A DNA stretch of 64,000 nt from Hydrolagus colliei (lineage: Eukaryota): positions 10,416,001 to 10,480,000 of the forward strand of contig CM068762.1 in the NCBI GenBank assembly GCA_035084275.1, in the 5' to 3' direction. A program made the translations under genes and the position numbers. Positions 13,254 to 25,900 of the stretch are shown here, piece after piece (the first letter of the stretch is position 1; each line of letters starts with the position of its first letter). Under the pieces are notes generated by a model, which saw only the letters and a program-made list of their open reading frames with translations, was not told the DNA's origin and did not search any database.

Positions 13254-13760
13254 CCCGGCTCAGTTGGTAGCGTTCTCACCTCTGAGTCAGAAGATTGTGT
13301 GGGTTCAAGCCCTAGGTCAGGACTTTAAACATATATAGGTCTAAGCTAACATACCAGTGCAGTGCTGGGAGTGAGTAGGGGGCGAGGGCTGCATTGCCAG
13401 AAGTGCTGTCTTTCAGATAAGACATTTAAACCAAGGTCCCATCTATCTGTCCAGGCAAATGTTAAAGATACCATGGCATTAAAGATTCAAGCCTCTGTCC
13501 TCCAAAGTTCGAAAAGAGAAGGGACTTCCAGCCAACCACCTCCTAGATAAAATTGGCTGCAGTTGATTGCTGCAATTCACTAAGATTTTTTGTTTCAAAA
13601 TGATAATATGATAACAATCCTTCCATTTGGAATAGCGCCCTTCACATCAGGGGGAACATCTCAAAACGCATCAGAGGCAACAGTGCAAAGTGTACAGTGA
13701 CTACGGTTTTGTGGGCAAACACGACAGCCAATTGGCACTCAGCAACAACCCGCAAAGAAC
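13254..13760 (+). mobile_element. Deu-domain SINE, old copy
   Basis: ggctcagttggtagc...ctctgagtcagaag...gggttcaagccc head, gctgcattgccagaagtgctgtctttcagataagacatttaaaccaagg...aaagataccatggca to ~13530, followed by an inverted tail fragment. Other copies at ~10120-10360 (-), 33980-34090 (+) and 47430-47630 (+). Confidence 0.7.
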
Positions 13761-14129
13761 CCACAAGAGACAGGAATGATCGATTTTAGTTGGGGGATTG
13801 TTGGCTGGGCTCGAGTGCTGGAGTACCAACTGAGCCAGGCCTGACGCACAAAACAACTACAGAGTATTTAAGAGTATTTATAATTTTGGCTGCGCTCTGG
13901 CACACAGAGGTAAGGGATGTCCGTCTTGAGGAAATTGTACACATTTCCACTTTGGCACCAAGCACCAATGCCAAACATCCACAGGTCAAGTGGAGCACTC
14001 GAGACTAAGAATACCTCAGAGCTCCTGGATTTAGCAGCAGCAGTCCCTGCAGTGTTGGACACTATTGTAATGTAATTGAGCCCGTTTGCACCATATAGCA
14101 GGGAACAGGAATGAGGAGGATGGCGGCTT

Positions 14130-14428
14130 GTGGGGTCTGCCGGGTCTGGCTTCCTCCGTGTCCCCCCGAATCCTCCGCTCCACCATCGGCGGCCGCACCT
14201 TCAGCCACTACTCCCCGAGGCTCTGGAACTCCCTTCCTCACTCCCTTCGCCTCGCCCCCTCTCTTCCCAGTTTCAGGTCTCGCCTAAAGACCTTTCTCTC
14301 CGTCCGCGCCTTCGGTCACCTTTCTCCCCCTGCTCCTGGCTCGCCCCTGGGATCCGTTATTGTGAAGCGCTCTGAGATGCCCTCCGGCGTGGAGGGCGTT
14401 ATATAAATCAAAGTTGTTGTTGCGTTGT
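14130..14428 (+). mobile_element. L2 LINE 3' end
   Basis: STIGGRTFSHYSPRLWNSLPHSLRLAPSLPSFRSRLKTFL plus (GTT)n tail. Confidence 0.9.
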
Positions 14429-16099
14429 TGGGGGAGTGAGAGGATGTGGGGGGAGTTTAGCAATGGGGTAGGTGTGAGGGTACCCACGAAAGGTTTAGCA
14501 TAGAAGGTGTAAATCAATTTGTGCCTGGGCAGAGGTTGCAAAATCTTTCGGCAGATTAGAAAGCAAGTTTGCTAGATCGGATTTGTGGATCAAAAGCTTG
14601 TTCAGCCCACAGCGATGTTGAGAGACAGCCAAAGTAGCCAGGAAAATATTCAGAAGCAATGGGTGTCTGGCTGGTCATCATGAGCAGGGTGTTGCTGATA
14701 GCACCTCCGAACGGTAAAACCAACAAAATAATGATAAGAATACAAGTAATAATCCTTGCATTTGATCTACCGCCTTTGCACATCGTTGAACCGTCCAAAC
14801 GAGCTTCACAGGATAGATTGTAAGGTGGATCTAACTTCCTCCCGACTTCTCCCTAACCTTAGCAGATCACCCCCATCCTGTAACAGCCTCAGTTTCCCAC
14901 TTTCCAGAACAGTTATTCTGGTGGGGTTCCATATTTGCGCTTGGACAATTTGTACAATGGGCCCACACCCACCGAGGAACGAGGTTGAAACAGCCCAAGT
15001 TAATTTCCCTTGAGAGATCGACAGTGAGCAAAGAGAGGAGCATGCTTTCATCCACTTGCGATTGGACTGAATTCAAAATGCAGTCATGTTAAGTGGCGGT
15101 GTAATTAACTCACTGTGTCAATCCTGGTGTCTGAGCGGCACTCAATAAAATATAAGTGCATCAAGTCCTTCGATACTGCCAAGATACCTCACACAGTTTG
15201 CAAAATAATTTGCTATAACATTGAGAAAGAATCATACATCAGGCCATAAAATCAGTAGATGATGATTTGTGATTTTGTTTTTTAAAACTACTAAGCGAGA
15301 TGCCCAATTTTGAGTTGAAAATTTTCGGCAGCAAAACTTACATTCCAATCACTTTAAGTGCATTCTGTGAAGCGCTTTGAGGCGTCTTGAAGACGCGATC
15401 AGGTGCTGCATCAAACGCAAGGTCTGTTATTGTTATTCAAATTGACATTCGGAAGAGGACACGAGTTGAAACCTCTTTCCCTCTTTCTTCCTTTTTTTTC
15501 TCTCTCCCGTGAAACTGATGCCTTGCCAGCACTTTTCAGCTTCCTCGAGGTGCTCCTCTGAAGCTTGTTGCCTCGCTCCAAATCACGTCTGACTGTCTGC
15601 GGGTTTTTAATTGAAAGAAATGACAAAACCTTTCGATCGATTTCAAGACTATGTAACTGAAGAGCCCGACTTAATCTTTGTAACAACCACGATTTTAACC
15701 GTAGTTTAATTGTCTTCTGACACCTCTCCCATCTGCCGCTCAACCTTTTCGAACTATTTCTCCAGCCTGGTCGCTCACAAGAGCAAGTTTACTTTTACTT
15801 CTAAACGAGCTGGAATCAAAGCATCAGTCCTTCTAATGCTAAAAAGACTAAATTTACAGGGCAAGAGTTAACAGGTATGCACTCAAGTAGTTTTGACCAC
15901 AGTACAGTACTCATATCCCAAAGGAAAAAGAACTGACACGGAATAGAAGGGAAAATGTGTTTCATGGTGGCTGGATTGTACAAAGGGATCCTTTATTATC
16001 CAACGTTACTTTATTTGTGTTGCTGTTTGCTGATGCCTTTACAGCTACCCCAGTCATTTCAAACACGTCCAATTTGTTTCAGAGCAATTGCGGGAGAAA

Positions 16100-16300
16100 G
16101 AGAACCAAGTTTCGATAAGTTCTGTTGCTGAATGCGTTGTCACTGGAGGAGGTGGGGAGAATGGAAGGGAGGGAGAAAGGGAGGGGTGTGGTGGGTGGGG
16201 GGAGTGGGGGAGTGGGGTGGGGGTGGGTGGGTGGGGGAAGCTTGCGGTTCAGTATAAATCATTGATTCTGGACTGAGACCACACACACCACACTATAAGC
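16100..16300 (+). promoter_or_regulatory. putative cd34 core promoter
   Basis: GATAAG ~16114, long G-rich GT-box tract 16145-16238, RUNX-type TGCGGTT 16243-16249, TATAAA 16253-16258, ACCACA ~16278, all upstream of the exon 1 ATG. Confidence 0.6.
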
Positions 16301-16407
16301 AGCCCACGTGTTGCAGCACAAGGCACCAATTTGAGAGTAAGCAGAGTTTTCAGAATCAGCAAGAACCCACAAGCAAGAATTGCACGCAGATCTTCACAGT
16401 GTTTGGC

Positions 16408-16477
16408 ATGGCGCGCTGGGGGAAAAGTTCGAGAAGACAGCGATGTTCTTCGGTGCTGTGTACAGTGCTTTTAATAG
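16408..16477 (+). CDS. cd34: CD34 sialomucin, coding exon 1 (signal peptide)
   Basis: ATG in good Kozak context (ggcATGg) ~150 nt after a TATAAA; encodes MARWGKSSRRQRCSSVLCTVLLI; ends at donor G|GTAAGT, phase 1, in frame with the next exon. Confidence 0.8.
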
Positions 16478-19400
16478 GTAAGTAAAAGCATTGTTATATG
16501 GGTGGGGGGGAGGAAACTGCCTATTTTATTAAGCAGTAAAGATTTTGAGAGTTTAAAAGAAGATCACTGTGAATGCACGTGTAGCTCAATAGTTACAAGT
16601 GTTTAGATTGCGGTTCTTGCGTTAATAGTTCATTCATAACATTAACTGTAAACACGGAATGCGATCAGAATTCCTATTTCAATTTATTTTAATAAGAAAA
16701 ATGATGATGCCTTCCTCCAGGCAGATGTGTTTTTGAACACAATTGACTTTGTTAAAAGTACAAGAATTCGAGAGATGGAGATTTTCATTCTCGTTAAGCG
16801 GAAAATATAATTGGTTATCGTTGATTATTTTAATCTAAACCCATCGGGGAACAAAATAGGGATTTTTTTTTTTGGGGGGGGGGTTAAACTATTCTTTTCA
16901 CTTTCAACATTTCATTTTGAAATTCTGTAGTCTAAAATGTCCTGTATATTGCTTCCACTTTGAAAGGGTGTCATTTGCTGACAAATTATGTCTTTGCAAA
17001 AAAAAATCAAAATATGTCATTGAGCCAGCAAAATATATGTGCATAGATATATAGAATAATAATAATCCTTGCATTTGATATAGTGCTTTTCATGTCTTCT
17101 AGACGTCTCAAATATACTGTCAAAAATATACTGTAAAGTGAATTGACTGTATATTATAATATATACAGTATATATAATAAAATGAAATACTAATAAATGC
17201 TACAGCTAAGTGTAATTAGGCTATCATTTGAGCATTTTATTTACCACATTGTCTTGATCTATTTGTTCCGAAATTGATGGAGTTATTCACAAACGGGCGA
17301 GTAAATTACGACACATTAAAACGCATTAAGTAACAGCATTCACTGAAATGTAATGGAGGGAAGAAAGGGATTTGAAAAGTAAGTTAGTGAGTAATAATAA
17401 TAGTAATAATAACAACAACAACAATGATAATCCTTGCATTTGATTCAGTGTCTTTCACATCCAAACGTTTCGTAACTTTTACCAGAAAGTGTAGTGACTG
17501 GTGTTTTGCGGGCGTGCAATGTCAGATGATTTCACTTTGATTACCTGTTGGTAGTAACCAGGCGGCTATGAATGAATGAATGAACGAACGAATGAAAGTA
17601 AAGACTTCACTGCAGCGAGACATTTGATCATTTAATTTAGGAATGTTAGACCCTACAATTGTACATTAGTCCCAATTCCATCATTGAAGGAACATCCAAG
17701 AAATAATAACAATAATAATGAATAATCCTTGCATTACATATAGCGCTTTTCACGTCTTCTCGACGTCTCCAAGCGCTTCACGGAATGTACTGTAAAGTGA
17801 ATTGACTTTATATTTGCGGGCGAAACGTGGCAGGCAATCGCACACAGCAGGGTCCCCACAATTAGTCGTGGATTGAAATGACCAAATTATTATTGCGTTT
17901 TTTTTTCATGGAAGGTTTGTGTCCTGTGAAGTATGGAAACTTCCCAAGGTTCCTCACCCTGGCAAAATTCTCAACGGTGGCTGTCGAGTAGGCTCAAGCT
18001 AAGCCCGTGAGAGAGCAATATGATCTAATAGGTCAGGAACTCTCAGTAAATCTGTTTTTGCTTACAGCGCACAGTACTTAACTTCTCCCTCTGCCAGAAC
18101 AATCACGTACTTAAGTCAAACTACTCAAACTCATCCACCTTTTCATTTACTGTTCCTTTATTGCTAACTGATGGCCGTGAAGCATTGTTCCCTTAGAGCA
18201 ATACTATAGCAGCTGTTGTCTGCATCACATAATGTAACTGTTAACGGAAATGATTTACTGTGTCGGAATCCTGGGGGGGGGTGGGTAGTGGGAGAGGCAG
18301 TGGGTGGGGAGTTTATGCTGTATCCAGCTGATTGCCTCAATAGAGTATAATGGGGCCAGCGCTGTCTCGAACTCCTGTTCCGGAGCGTTTCGCAAAAGGA
18401 GCATCATTAGGGCCCTTCAAATGGTGACTGTGACAGAAATACTGGAAGGTCTTTCTGGAGGAATGGGGTCACTGGCTCCGAAATCTGTTGCAGACGGAAG
18501 GAAGTTGGTTGAGGCATTGGAGTGCATGATAAATTAGCAGCACATACCACGTCTTTTCGCCCCACTGTTTTATTCCACCGCAGTACAGTCAGTATAGTTG
18601 TTCGCACAGTAAAACTAGGTTCAATGTTCCTTGTCTCTGTTCGAACACCTACTTCGCGCACCACCCCCCCCCCAAAAAAAAGGGTCAGTTTTGCAGCAAC
18701 GGCTTGTGAATGGCTCGAACAATTCGAGTTCTGTCCCCCGAATATCCCGTCGACAACCGCGACTTTTTTTCAAATGGAATTTCTCTTAATCGTCCGAAAC
18801 AGACACGAAGGGAGAGGCTGAAAAGTCCAGCGCTGACGAATGGTGGGAAAGGTTACCGAGCAAGGTTGCCCATTCTTATTGTAACCATATGCGTGAACGA
18901 TGCTGAAGTAGTTTGGGCCGGTTTGTCTGAGCTCAGAGGTAGAGAGAAAGCAGCTGTACCTTTACCAAATTGTAGCCCCTGGGAGAGTCGATTCAGAAGA
19001 ATTCAGTCTGTCCAGCAGATCTCCGGCTAATCATAATAATGTGGCCACTCAATCCACAACTGTTTGTGGGGGAACGCTGCTGTGCGCAATTGGCTGCCGC
19101 GTTTCGCCCACAAAATATACAGCCAATTCACTTTACAGTGTAGTGTGTGAAGCGCTCAGAGACGTCTCGAAGATATGATAAGGCGCTTGTATCAAATGCA
19201 AGGAATATGATGATTATTATTATCTCTCCGTCCTTTAAATCCAAATTCTTTTTTGGGGGGTCGTTCGGTGCTGTGAATTGTGGTTACTTGTGTGCACATT
19301 GAACAGGGAACATCCAAGTCAGTTTTCCTTTGCGACCGAGAACTGAGGTGAAATAAAACAGGTGGGGGGGGAGCGAAAAACTGAAGCATATGTTGTTAAT

Positions 19401-19550
19401 TCAGCACGTATTGCAACTCGCAATCACTCTGTTAATTTATTATCCTTGTGCCTAATTTTTCATCTGTTTCCACCTTTCACCAGAGGGGTCCAGCCGGAGG
19501 GATAGAGGGGAGAGTGTTCCAGAGTTTCGGGGGGTAGTGCCTAAACGCGC

Positions 19551-20130
19551 AACAACAACAACAAAATTACATTTGTATAGCGCCTTTCACGTCCCAAGGC
19601 GCTGGACAGTTACTGCTTAAGACCCGAGCTGAGGACAGGGATGGTGTGGGGAGGGGTGAAAAGGAATTGCCGATGGGTCCATCGAAGAGGAGAGTCTTGA
19701 GGGGGGACTTGAAGGAGGCCAGTGAGGGGGGCGAGGCGGAGGGACTTCGGGATGGAGTTCCAGAGGTTGGGGGCAGATTGGCTGATGGCTTGCCCGCCGA
19801 TGGTCAGTCGGGTAGATTGGGGGACGTGGAGCAGGCCAGAGCCTGCCGAACGGAGGGGGGCAGGCAGGTTGGTAAGGGTATAGGGATAGGAAGTCACCTC
19901 GGTTCGGGTGCGAAAGATGAGCAGGAGGCCGGTGCTGGCTGGTGGATTGGGGGTGTGTGGTAGGGAGTCAGAGAGGTAGGGAGATTGCAGAGAGCGAACT
20001 GAGGAGGGATTTGAACACGAGTGTGAGGGTCTTGAAGTTGATCCATTCGGTGAAGGGGACCGAGTGGAGCCTGGTTAAAACTGGTGAGCTGTGGGTACGT
20101 GATGTAATCCCAGGGAGACGGAATGCGTTT
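19551..20130 (-). mobile_element. L2 LINE 3' fragment
   Basis: HSSPVLTRLHSVPFTEWINFKTLTLVFKSL and IGGQAISQSAPNLWNSIPKSLR motifs, followed by a ggcgctatacaaat(GTT)n tail. Confidence 0.9.
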
Positions 20131-20504
20131 AGGAAAACCATAATTACCATAATCCCTTTGATTCAAGTTCAAAACATCAAATTAGAGGGCGGAGGGGAGG
20201 GGGGGAACACACTCACGAGGTGTTTCCCTTAGAATACTCACATTCCTGACAGACGAGTGGGTTTCAGTTGAATGCATTTGCTGATCCAAGTGGATCGCAT
20301 CTTTGCCTGTGTAGTTTTGAGTTATCTTTTCAAAAAAAAGAATAATTCATCCGTCTACTTAACCCACAACTGTTTGCGGACAGTGATGGGCGCAATTGGC
20401 TGCCGCACTTACCCTGCAAAATATACAATAGATTCACTTTATAGTATAGTCTGTGAAGGAAGCACTTTGAGACGTCTACAAGATGTGAAAAGGCATTATA
20501 TAAT

Positions 20505-20803
20505 TAGAATAATCCTTGTGTTTTTTACATGGTGCTTTTCACGTCTTCTAGATGTCTCAAAGCACTTCACAGAATATACTGTAAAGTGAATCGACTGTAT
20601 ATATGTGGGTGAAACACGTCAACCAATTGCGCACAGCAATGTCCCACAAATAGTTGTGAGTTGAAGTGACCAATTTTTTTATTGAGGGATTATTATCATG
20701 TGGAGTAAAGAAACTTACCCAAGTTTTCACCCTGCTTGGAATCGAACCCAGGTCTCTCGCTTGTAAGGCTAGTCAGTACTCTAACCACTGAGCTACAGAA
20801 CTC
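20505..20803 (-). mobile_element. tRNA-derived SINE nested in an opposite-strand SINE tail
   Basis: The + strand tail starting ~20360 breaks at aggcattatata and resumes as tatatcaaatgcaagg at ~20806. Confidence 0.85.
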
Positions 20804-22565
20804 CTGTATATCAAATGCAAGGATTATTATTACAACATGAGGTGTAATTTTTCTGCTTGTGCAATGTGCTAGTGATTCGTTTTTCAATCTGCTTGAGGTT
20901 CCTTTCCACATACAAGCTGGCATTGGTTGGGAGGGAAGGGGACGTGTGTATGTGTCCACCTGACAGGGCCCCAAAATTCCGCTCAGTCTTAGCCCTTTAG
21001 ACCACTTTGCCTTTAAACTCAAGATTCATCAAAATTGCGTAAAGTTCTTAAAATCCGTTCAATTTGGAAGAATGCTTAGAACCGGCTTCCAATTTCAGAC
21101 TAGCTTTGAGACTCTGTACAACTCTGTAACGTTACATCTCACTGCAAAGTGGTCTGATAGACTAAGGCTAAGTGGAGTTTCAAGTGTTGTGGATTATATG
21201 TCTAACACTTCCTGCCCTCACGGTTTCAGCGAGACTCGATGGTGGAGGAGAAACTTTGCCGGTGTATCTTTAGATCTCGCTCAGTGCTTTTCCACTCGGC
21301 TGCTTCTTACAGTTGGGTGAGGCGAATGTGTGAAGTCATGCTTCAGAGATACAACCTGATACAACACAACTTCCATCACCCTGTCTCGTCCCTCTCCCGC
21401 ACCTCCCTACCCTGACCCTAAAAGTGAGAGTTTGTTTATTCAACCCATCCACCTCCTCCACCATCCAACCCCACCCTCCCCCTCTCGCTTCCTCTTCTCC
21501 CGAAGACACTGATTCATGGCTGGAGTTCAGTTCCACAATCACAGACGCCCCAACATTCATCTAGGGTCCCACACCCATTTCCTGGTGTGAATGTTATGCA
21601 ATATTCTCTTGGAGCAAGTTCCCACCCTTGGATTTTGTCAATCAGACAGATCCAGACAACAGATATGCTGGACAGCTTGGGAAAGTTATGCGGCGACGTG
21701 CAAACAAATCAGGTTGAATTAAGCGGTCAATCAGGGAGCGGTGTAGTGGGTTAGCAAACCAGGGGCTTGATTCTCACTCAAACCAGTTGTGTGAAAAGTC
21801 TCTTTCTGCCACAACAAACATCCTGCTTCCATGAGTCCAGGAAGTCTTGAAGTGTTTATAGTAGGGGCTGAGTCTATTTCACACAAAAAAAGCTCATAAT
21901 TTTGACACGTCAGCATTTTTTTTATTAATGATTTCAATTCAAAGCACCAAAGGGAATTGGTGGTGATGATGCAGTGGCTTCTCTTACCGAGGTTGGCATT
22001 AATTGCCCTTTGCTGTGAATTTCCAGAGGGAACAAAGCACAGTATAGTATCTGGTTCTGTTGTCTGAATCTGGTTATACCACAGTGTCCCTCTTGGTCTC
22101 TCAGATCGTTAGATGGCACAAACAATCCAAGGTGCTAACTTCTGTTACTTGGAGGAATGAATGCAGCGCCTTTATTAAGCTCGAAGCGAGAATCCCGATG
22201 ATTCTGATGCTGTTTTACCCCAAAATCTTGCTGACCCTCTTCTTCAACAGTCCCATCAGTCACTCCAAATCAACCTCCTTTCCCGCCTCCCTCTCCGATC
22301 CCGACCCCAGCTCGGGTCTGAAGCATTGGACTGTCCCACGTTTTGGGACGTCCTCCCAATGTGAAAGGAGCTATACAATTATGTCATTTTGTTGTTGTAC
22401 GATCGGAATCATTTTGTTCCCTGCAGTTCTTCCACATTAAGCTTTTTTCCAAATTAAGGCTGGAATTTTTACTTTTTTTACAATTCTCTCAAATTGTAAG
22501 ACAATAATAATTGTAAGACCTTATTAGGTTAAAACTAGGTGGAATTTGGGGCATTGGTGCTTTAT

Positions 22566-22960
22566 TGATCTTATTGAAACATATAAGATTCTTAAAGGGT
22601 GAGATAAAGTAGGCACTGAGGGACTGTTTCCCCTGGTAGGAGAATCTATAACCAGGGGTCACAGTCTTAAAATTAAGGGTCAGCCTTTTAGAACAGAGTT
22701 GAGGAAACATTTCTTCAATCAGGGGGTAGTGAATTTATGGAATTCATTACCCCAGAAGGCTGTAGGTGCTCAGTCCTTGAACATTTTCAAGGCTGAGACT
22801 GATAGATTTTTGAAAAATAGAGGGATCCGGGGATATGGGGAAAGGGTAGGTAATCAAAGTTAGGTGAGAAGATCAGCCATGATCTTATTCAATGGCGGAG
22901 CAGGCTCGAAGGGCCGAATGGCCTATTCCTGCTCCTAATTCTTATGTTCTCATGTTCTTA
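22566..22960 (+). mobile_element. CR1/L3 LINE 3' fragment
   Basis: DLIETYKILKG*...TRGHSLKIKGQPFRTELRKHFFNQGVVNLWNSLPQKAV...FKAETDRFL, then the gatcagccatgatc...gaatggcct tail ending in (TTATGTTC)-like repeats. Confidence 0.92.
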
Positions 22961-25900
22961 TTAATAATAATAATAATCCTTGCTTTTAATGTAGTGCCTT
23001 ACCACGTCATCGAGATGTCTCAAAGCGGTTCACAGAATATACTGTAAAGTGAATCGATTGTATATTTTGTGGGCGAAATGCCGTAGCCAATTGCGCACAG
23101 CAGCGTCCTACGACCAGTCGTGGATTGACCAAATTATTATTTCTTTCAGAATTTTATTATTAACAATGCTACGTTTGGGTTCAAACCTCACGTCTGAGCT
23201 TGAGGTCACAATCTTAAGTCGATACTCCAGTACAGTATCTGAGCATTAGCCCACAAAATAAGTCAATGTATGTAATTGTCATTGCAATATTTCAAGGCTC
23301 TGTTCGAGAATGTTCTTTGCTTCTCAGAGCATCACTTTCATGTGCTTAACCGATCAGCCATTACAGGATAAAGCTTAATTGATGGTATTCCACTAGAGAA
23401 CTAAAGAGAGCCAAATGAAGCCTTGCAAGAGGCACATGAACTCCCCTCACCCCTCCACACACACGTCCCCCCTCTCCCAACACAGTACAAGGTGCAGAGC
23501 AGCTGGTTTCTTGTGCAGAAATCCATATTGTTTCATTGACTCAATCTCTGCTACCATTTCAATCACAATTTCAATTTTCCAAGCCATTGAAACTGACAAC
23601 GTGGCAAGGAATGGCACCAAAAAATACTGTGTTGCCACCACAATGCTGATGTGGGTAATTGGTTGTGGCCTTTGATGGCAACCTTGCTCCATTGGCTTTC
23701 TCTCCTCTGTCGAGAGAGGTCATGTGGCAAGAGAGGTATGAGTGTTGTTCTCATCACATCTGGTGGGCTGGCCTGATGAGACTGCAATTTGCAAGTTCCT
23801 AGTTTCAAACCCTGTGATTTTATAACACCTCTCATTGAAAGTTTGGAGCCTAGAAAAGTCTGAGCGCTTTAACGCTGCTCATTCGGTTTCTTATTCAAAT
23901 ACTTATCGTCGGCCTGAAGAAAAAGCCTGTTAAACAACAACTTTATAGCGCTTTTCGCATCGGGAGGACGTCCCAGTGCGCTGGACATTGAGATCTGGGC
24001 GTTGGGATCGTGAGGGAAAGGCGTAGATGGAGGAAGCAAAGCAAAGGGAGTTCCAAAGGTGGGGGCAGAAACGTTGATAAAATGGGGGGGGGGAACTGAA
24101 GTAATGGAATATGTTCCAATGGCTCTATTGGGTTCCCACGCCTGTAATCTGTGCTGTTTTGTGCTATTTCAATGACCGTGAACTATTGCCTAAGGAGATT
24201 CTCGGCATTTATACCAATGACATTAGCCAGAAGGGCTTTTTGCAGGAAGCACAATCGAGTCAAAAAACACTCCACAGAAAAAGGATGATTGAAGAAAAAT
24301 TTAATCTCTCCAACCCCCCCCCTCCCCTCCCACCACTCCCCTCAAATTGGAGCCTTTTATTTGAACATAATTGTTAACATCTGCAGTTGTGAATGGCGTA
24401 TGTGACAAGGAAATAAACTCTGTTTTACAACGCAATATAACAAGCCCCTGATTCAAATTACTTGGACTCACTTTCCCAAGGATAAATTCTAATAAAATAT
24501 TGTTTTTTACAGAAAGAAAAACAACTTATGCAACAACCGTAAATGAACCGGAATCCAGTGTGACGAAACAGTTTCCTTTTGTAATTGCTTTCAAAAGGCC
24601 AATGACTTGGTTTTTGTGCTGTCGTTTTTTTCCTCTGTGTATTTGTTTTTCCTTCGCTTCTGTCCCCTCTTCCAATGTTGTAACAATCCTTGGCATTTGA
24701 TAGAGTGGTCTTCCGCACTTTGGGACGTCCCAATGTAATTTTGTTGTTGTTGTTGTTGTCTTCGAAGCGTGACAAACTGACAATGGCCTGTCTATTTTGT
24801 GGGGGTATCAGTCCTAGATACCCTCCAGCATCTCATCATTTGTAAACCTGGACACTGAACATTTGGCAAGCTGATAATAATCTGGAAAATTTGTTCCACG
24901 CACAAATACACACACACACCAGACACACACACATACCAGACACACACACACACTCATCTCTTTGGGGCTGTTCAATGTTTTCAGAGCTCAGCATTTGCAA
25001 CACTCGGGCTGGGGTATGTAATACTCGCAGGCACTTTGGGAGTCGCTTATGTTGACTCTGAGGTGTTTTCTCGGGCTCTATCCAGCAGGCGTTTCTTTGC
25101 GGAATAATGCAATCTCTTCCAAGGCCATCTGTGGCTTTATTATATCTCATCAATGGGATAAGGTTTGCCAAGCATTTGCTGAAACTACTGAAGCATGAGG
25201 AGGACATTACATCAGTACAATTAAGTAACATTTTCCAGAGTCCAGCTGGGAAACATATTACGCAGTCAAGCGGGGTGAGGAACCGTCTTTATTCCCTCCA
25301 CTTTGAGTGTAAACACATGCATCAACCCCGTGATCAGTACAACAGCAACAGCAACAACAAAATGCATTGATAGAGCGTCTTTCACGTCGGGAGGACGTCC
25401 CAAGGCGCTGAACAGTCAGGACGGGACCCGAGCAAGGGAGAGGGGCAGGGAAGGTGGGGGAGGGATGGGAATGAGTTAGGAAGGGGAGAGAGAAAGTTGG
25501 GAGGGCATCAGAAGGCACGGTCGAAGAGGAGGGTCTTGAGTCCGGCCTTAAAGGAGGCGGTGGAGTCGGTGGGGGGGTAAGGTGGAGGTGACATGAGTTG
25601 CATTGAAGGCATAGGTCTTAAGATGGGATTTCAAGATTAGATCGAGAGAGGGGGGCAGGAGTGAAGCAGCGTGCTGACATCTCCCACAAGGCAATGGCTA
25701 AGGTTGGCAAACCATTCAGAGCGTATCGATACACAGAAACACAGACGGATTCAAAAGAAGGCCAATTTGGCTCTCCATGCCCATTGCCAGTAACACATAA
25801 CAAGCTGTTTCCTAGTGCAGCGGGTGTTACCATATGTTAGCAGGCCCATCATCTATTCAGCGCCAACGTGTGTGGTTCAGCTTTGCTGCGGATGTGGTTC

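Noticed and set aside
1-16000. Search for plxna2 terminal exons expected upstream by synteny
   Set aside because: No plexin-like coding sequence recognised; the gene probably lies outside the window.
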